Source: Gemmatimonadales bacterium
GTDB taxonomy: Bacteria; Gemmatimonadota; Gemmatimonadetes; Gemmatimonadales; GWC2-71-9
Direction of reading: 5' to 3'
Assembly (NCBI GenBank): GCA_041615815.1
Contig: JBFJCP010000051.1
Coordinates: 1 to 16,642, forward strand
Length of the DNA stretch: 16,642 nt
In this document: piece after piece, positions 13,433 through 16,642 of the stretch
Position numbering within the stretch: the stretch's first letter is position 1
How the letters are laid out: each line of letters starts with the position of its first letter
Made by a program: the position numbers and the translations under genes
The notes under the pieces: model-generated
The model's database searches: none
What the model was told of the DNA's origin: nothing
Seen by the model: only the letters and a program-made list of their open reading frames with translations

Positions 13433-13468
13433 CAGGAACCCGACGTGTGAGCGGAAGTGCATACAGCA

Positions 13469-15559
<2,091 letters not shown>

Positions 15560-15600
15560 AGCGTCCCGACCATTGAGCTTTACGACACGAGGACACGACC

Positions 15601-16642
15601 ATGGCGAAGGCGAAGTTTGAGCGGACGAAGCCGCATGTGAATGTGGGGACGATTGGGCATGTGGATCATGGGAAGACGACGTTGACGGCGGCGATCACGT
15701 TGGTGCAGTCGAAGAAGGGGTTGGCGGATTTTGTGGCGTTTGACTCGATTGACAAGGCGCCGGAGGAGAAGGAGCGGGGGATTACGATTGCGACGGCGCA
15801 TGTGGAGTATCAGTCGGAGGCGCGGCACTATGCGCACGTGGATTGTCCGGGGCATGCGGATTATGTGAAGAACATGATTACGGGGGCGGCGCAGATGGAT
15901 GGGGCGATTTTGGTGGTGAGTGCGGCGGACGGGCCGATGCCGCAGACGCGGGAGCATATTTTGTTGGCGCGGCAGGTGAATGTGCCGTACGTGGTGGTGT
16001 TTTTGAACAAGGTGGACATGGTGGATGATCCGGAGTTGTTGGAGTTGGTGGAGTTGGAGGTGCGGGAGTTGTTGAGCAGTTATGAGTTTCCGGGGGATGA
16101 GATTCCGGTGATCAAGGGGTCGGCGTTGCAGGCGTTGGAGCATCCGGAGGATGGGGAGAAGACGGCGTGCATTCAGGAGTTGATGGAGGCGTTGGACAGC
16201 TACATTCCGGTGCCGGAGCGGGAGGTGGACAAGCCGTTTTTGATGCCGGTGGAGGATGTGTTTTCGATTACGGGTCGCGGGACGGTGGCGACGGGGCGGA
16301 TTGAGCGGGGGCGGGTGAAGGTGCAGGAGGAGGTGGAGTTGGTGGGGTTTGGGGCGGACAAGAAGACGGTGGTGACGGGGGTGGAGATGTTTCGGAAGTT
16401 GTTGGACGAGGGGGTGGCGGGGGACAACGTGGGGTTGTTGTTGCGGGGGGTGGCGAAGGAGGAGATTGAGCGGGGGATGGTGTTGGCGCAGCCGAAGTCG
16501 GTGACGCCGCACACGGGGTTTGAGGGGGAGGTGTACGTGTTGACGAAGGAGGAGGGGGGCCGGCACACGCCGTTTTTCAAGGGGTATCGGCCGCAGTTTT
16601 ACTTTCGGACGACGGATGTGACGGGGTCGGTGGAGTTGCCGG
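15601..16642 (+). CDS. tuf: Elongation factor Tu, copy 2 (truncated by window end)
   Basis: [33 protein letters not shown]...RGITI...[21 protein letters not shown]...NKVD...[34 protein letters not shown] about 7 nt upstream; open to the window end and so absent from the ORF track. Confidence 0.99.
   Translation, partial: MAKAKFERTKPHVNVGTIGHVDHGKTTLTAAITLVQSKKGLADFVAFDSIDKAPEEKERGITIATAHVEYQSEARHYAHVDCPGHADYVKNMITGAAQMDGAILVVSAADGPMPQTREHILLARQVNVPYVVVFLNKVDMVDDPELLELVELEVRELLSSYEFPGDEIPVIKGSALQALEHPEDGEKTACIQELMEALDSYIPVPEREVDKPFLMPVEDVFSITGRGTVATGRIERGRVKVQEEVELVGFGADKKTVVTGVEMFRKLLDEGVAGDNVGLLLRGVAKEEIERGMVLAQPKSVTPHTGFEGEVYVLTKEEGGRHTPFFKGYRPQFYFRTTDVTGSVELP

Noticed and set aside
13358..13450. 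30-aa uORF MRSETCPASRMTVAPLLYCPARQAYQEPDV before fusA
   Set aside because: No SD and no recognisable leader-peptide composition; an ORF this long is expected by chance at this GC. It does span the terminator-like stem, so revisit if conserved.
15580..16566. 328-aa His/Arg/Leu/Pro-rich ORF antisense to tuf
   Set aside because: Direct consequence of tuf having no A-ending codons (no antisense stops) and G3 (antisense codons start with C); low-complexity product.

Overview
High-GC bacterial core-genome window carrying the complete transcription/translation supercluster on the + strand: 'tuf (3' end)-rpmG-secE-nusG-rplK-rplA-rplJ-rplL-rpoB-rpoC-rpsL-rpsG-fusA-tuf' (5' part). The RNA polymerase insertion pattern is, from memory, most like Gemmatimonadota (inference, not searched). 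There are no mobile elements, CRISPR arrays, rRNA or tRNA genes; the tRNA-Trp often found between rpmG and secE is absent. The gene content is ordinary, but four things stand out. (1) The right-hand tuf is almost completely recoded at synonymous sites: my hand count of third positions over 347 codons is G 264, T 55, C 28, A 0, and every Leu is TTG. The bias starts at the ATG, is shared by the left tuf copy, and fades near that copy's 3' end, suggesting a strand-biased process acting on the duplicated gene. (2) The two tuf fragments at the window ends add up to one gene minus about 27 nt. (3) A 254-nt, densely base-paired rpsG-fusA spacer has mutually exclusive terminator-like and anti-terminator-like folds. 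(4) There is no room for the usual L10 and S7 autoregulatory spacers (genes overlap), a permuted L1-site candidate lies before rplK, and RpoB carries a ~160-aa insertion.
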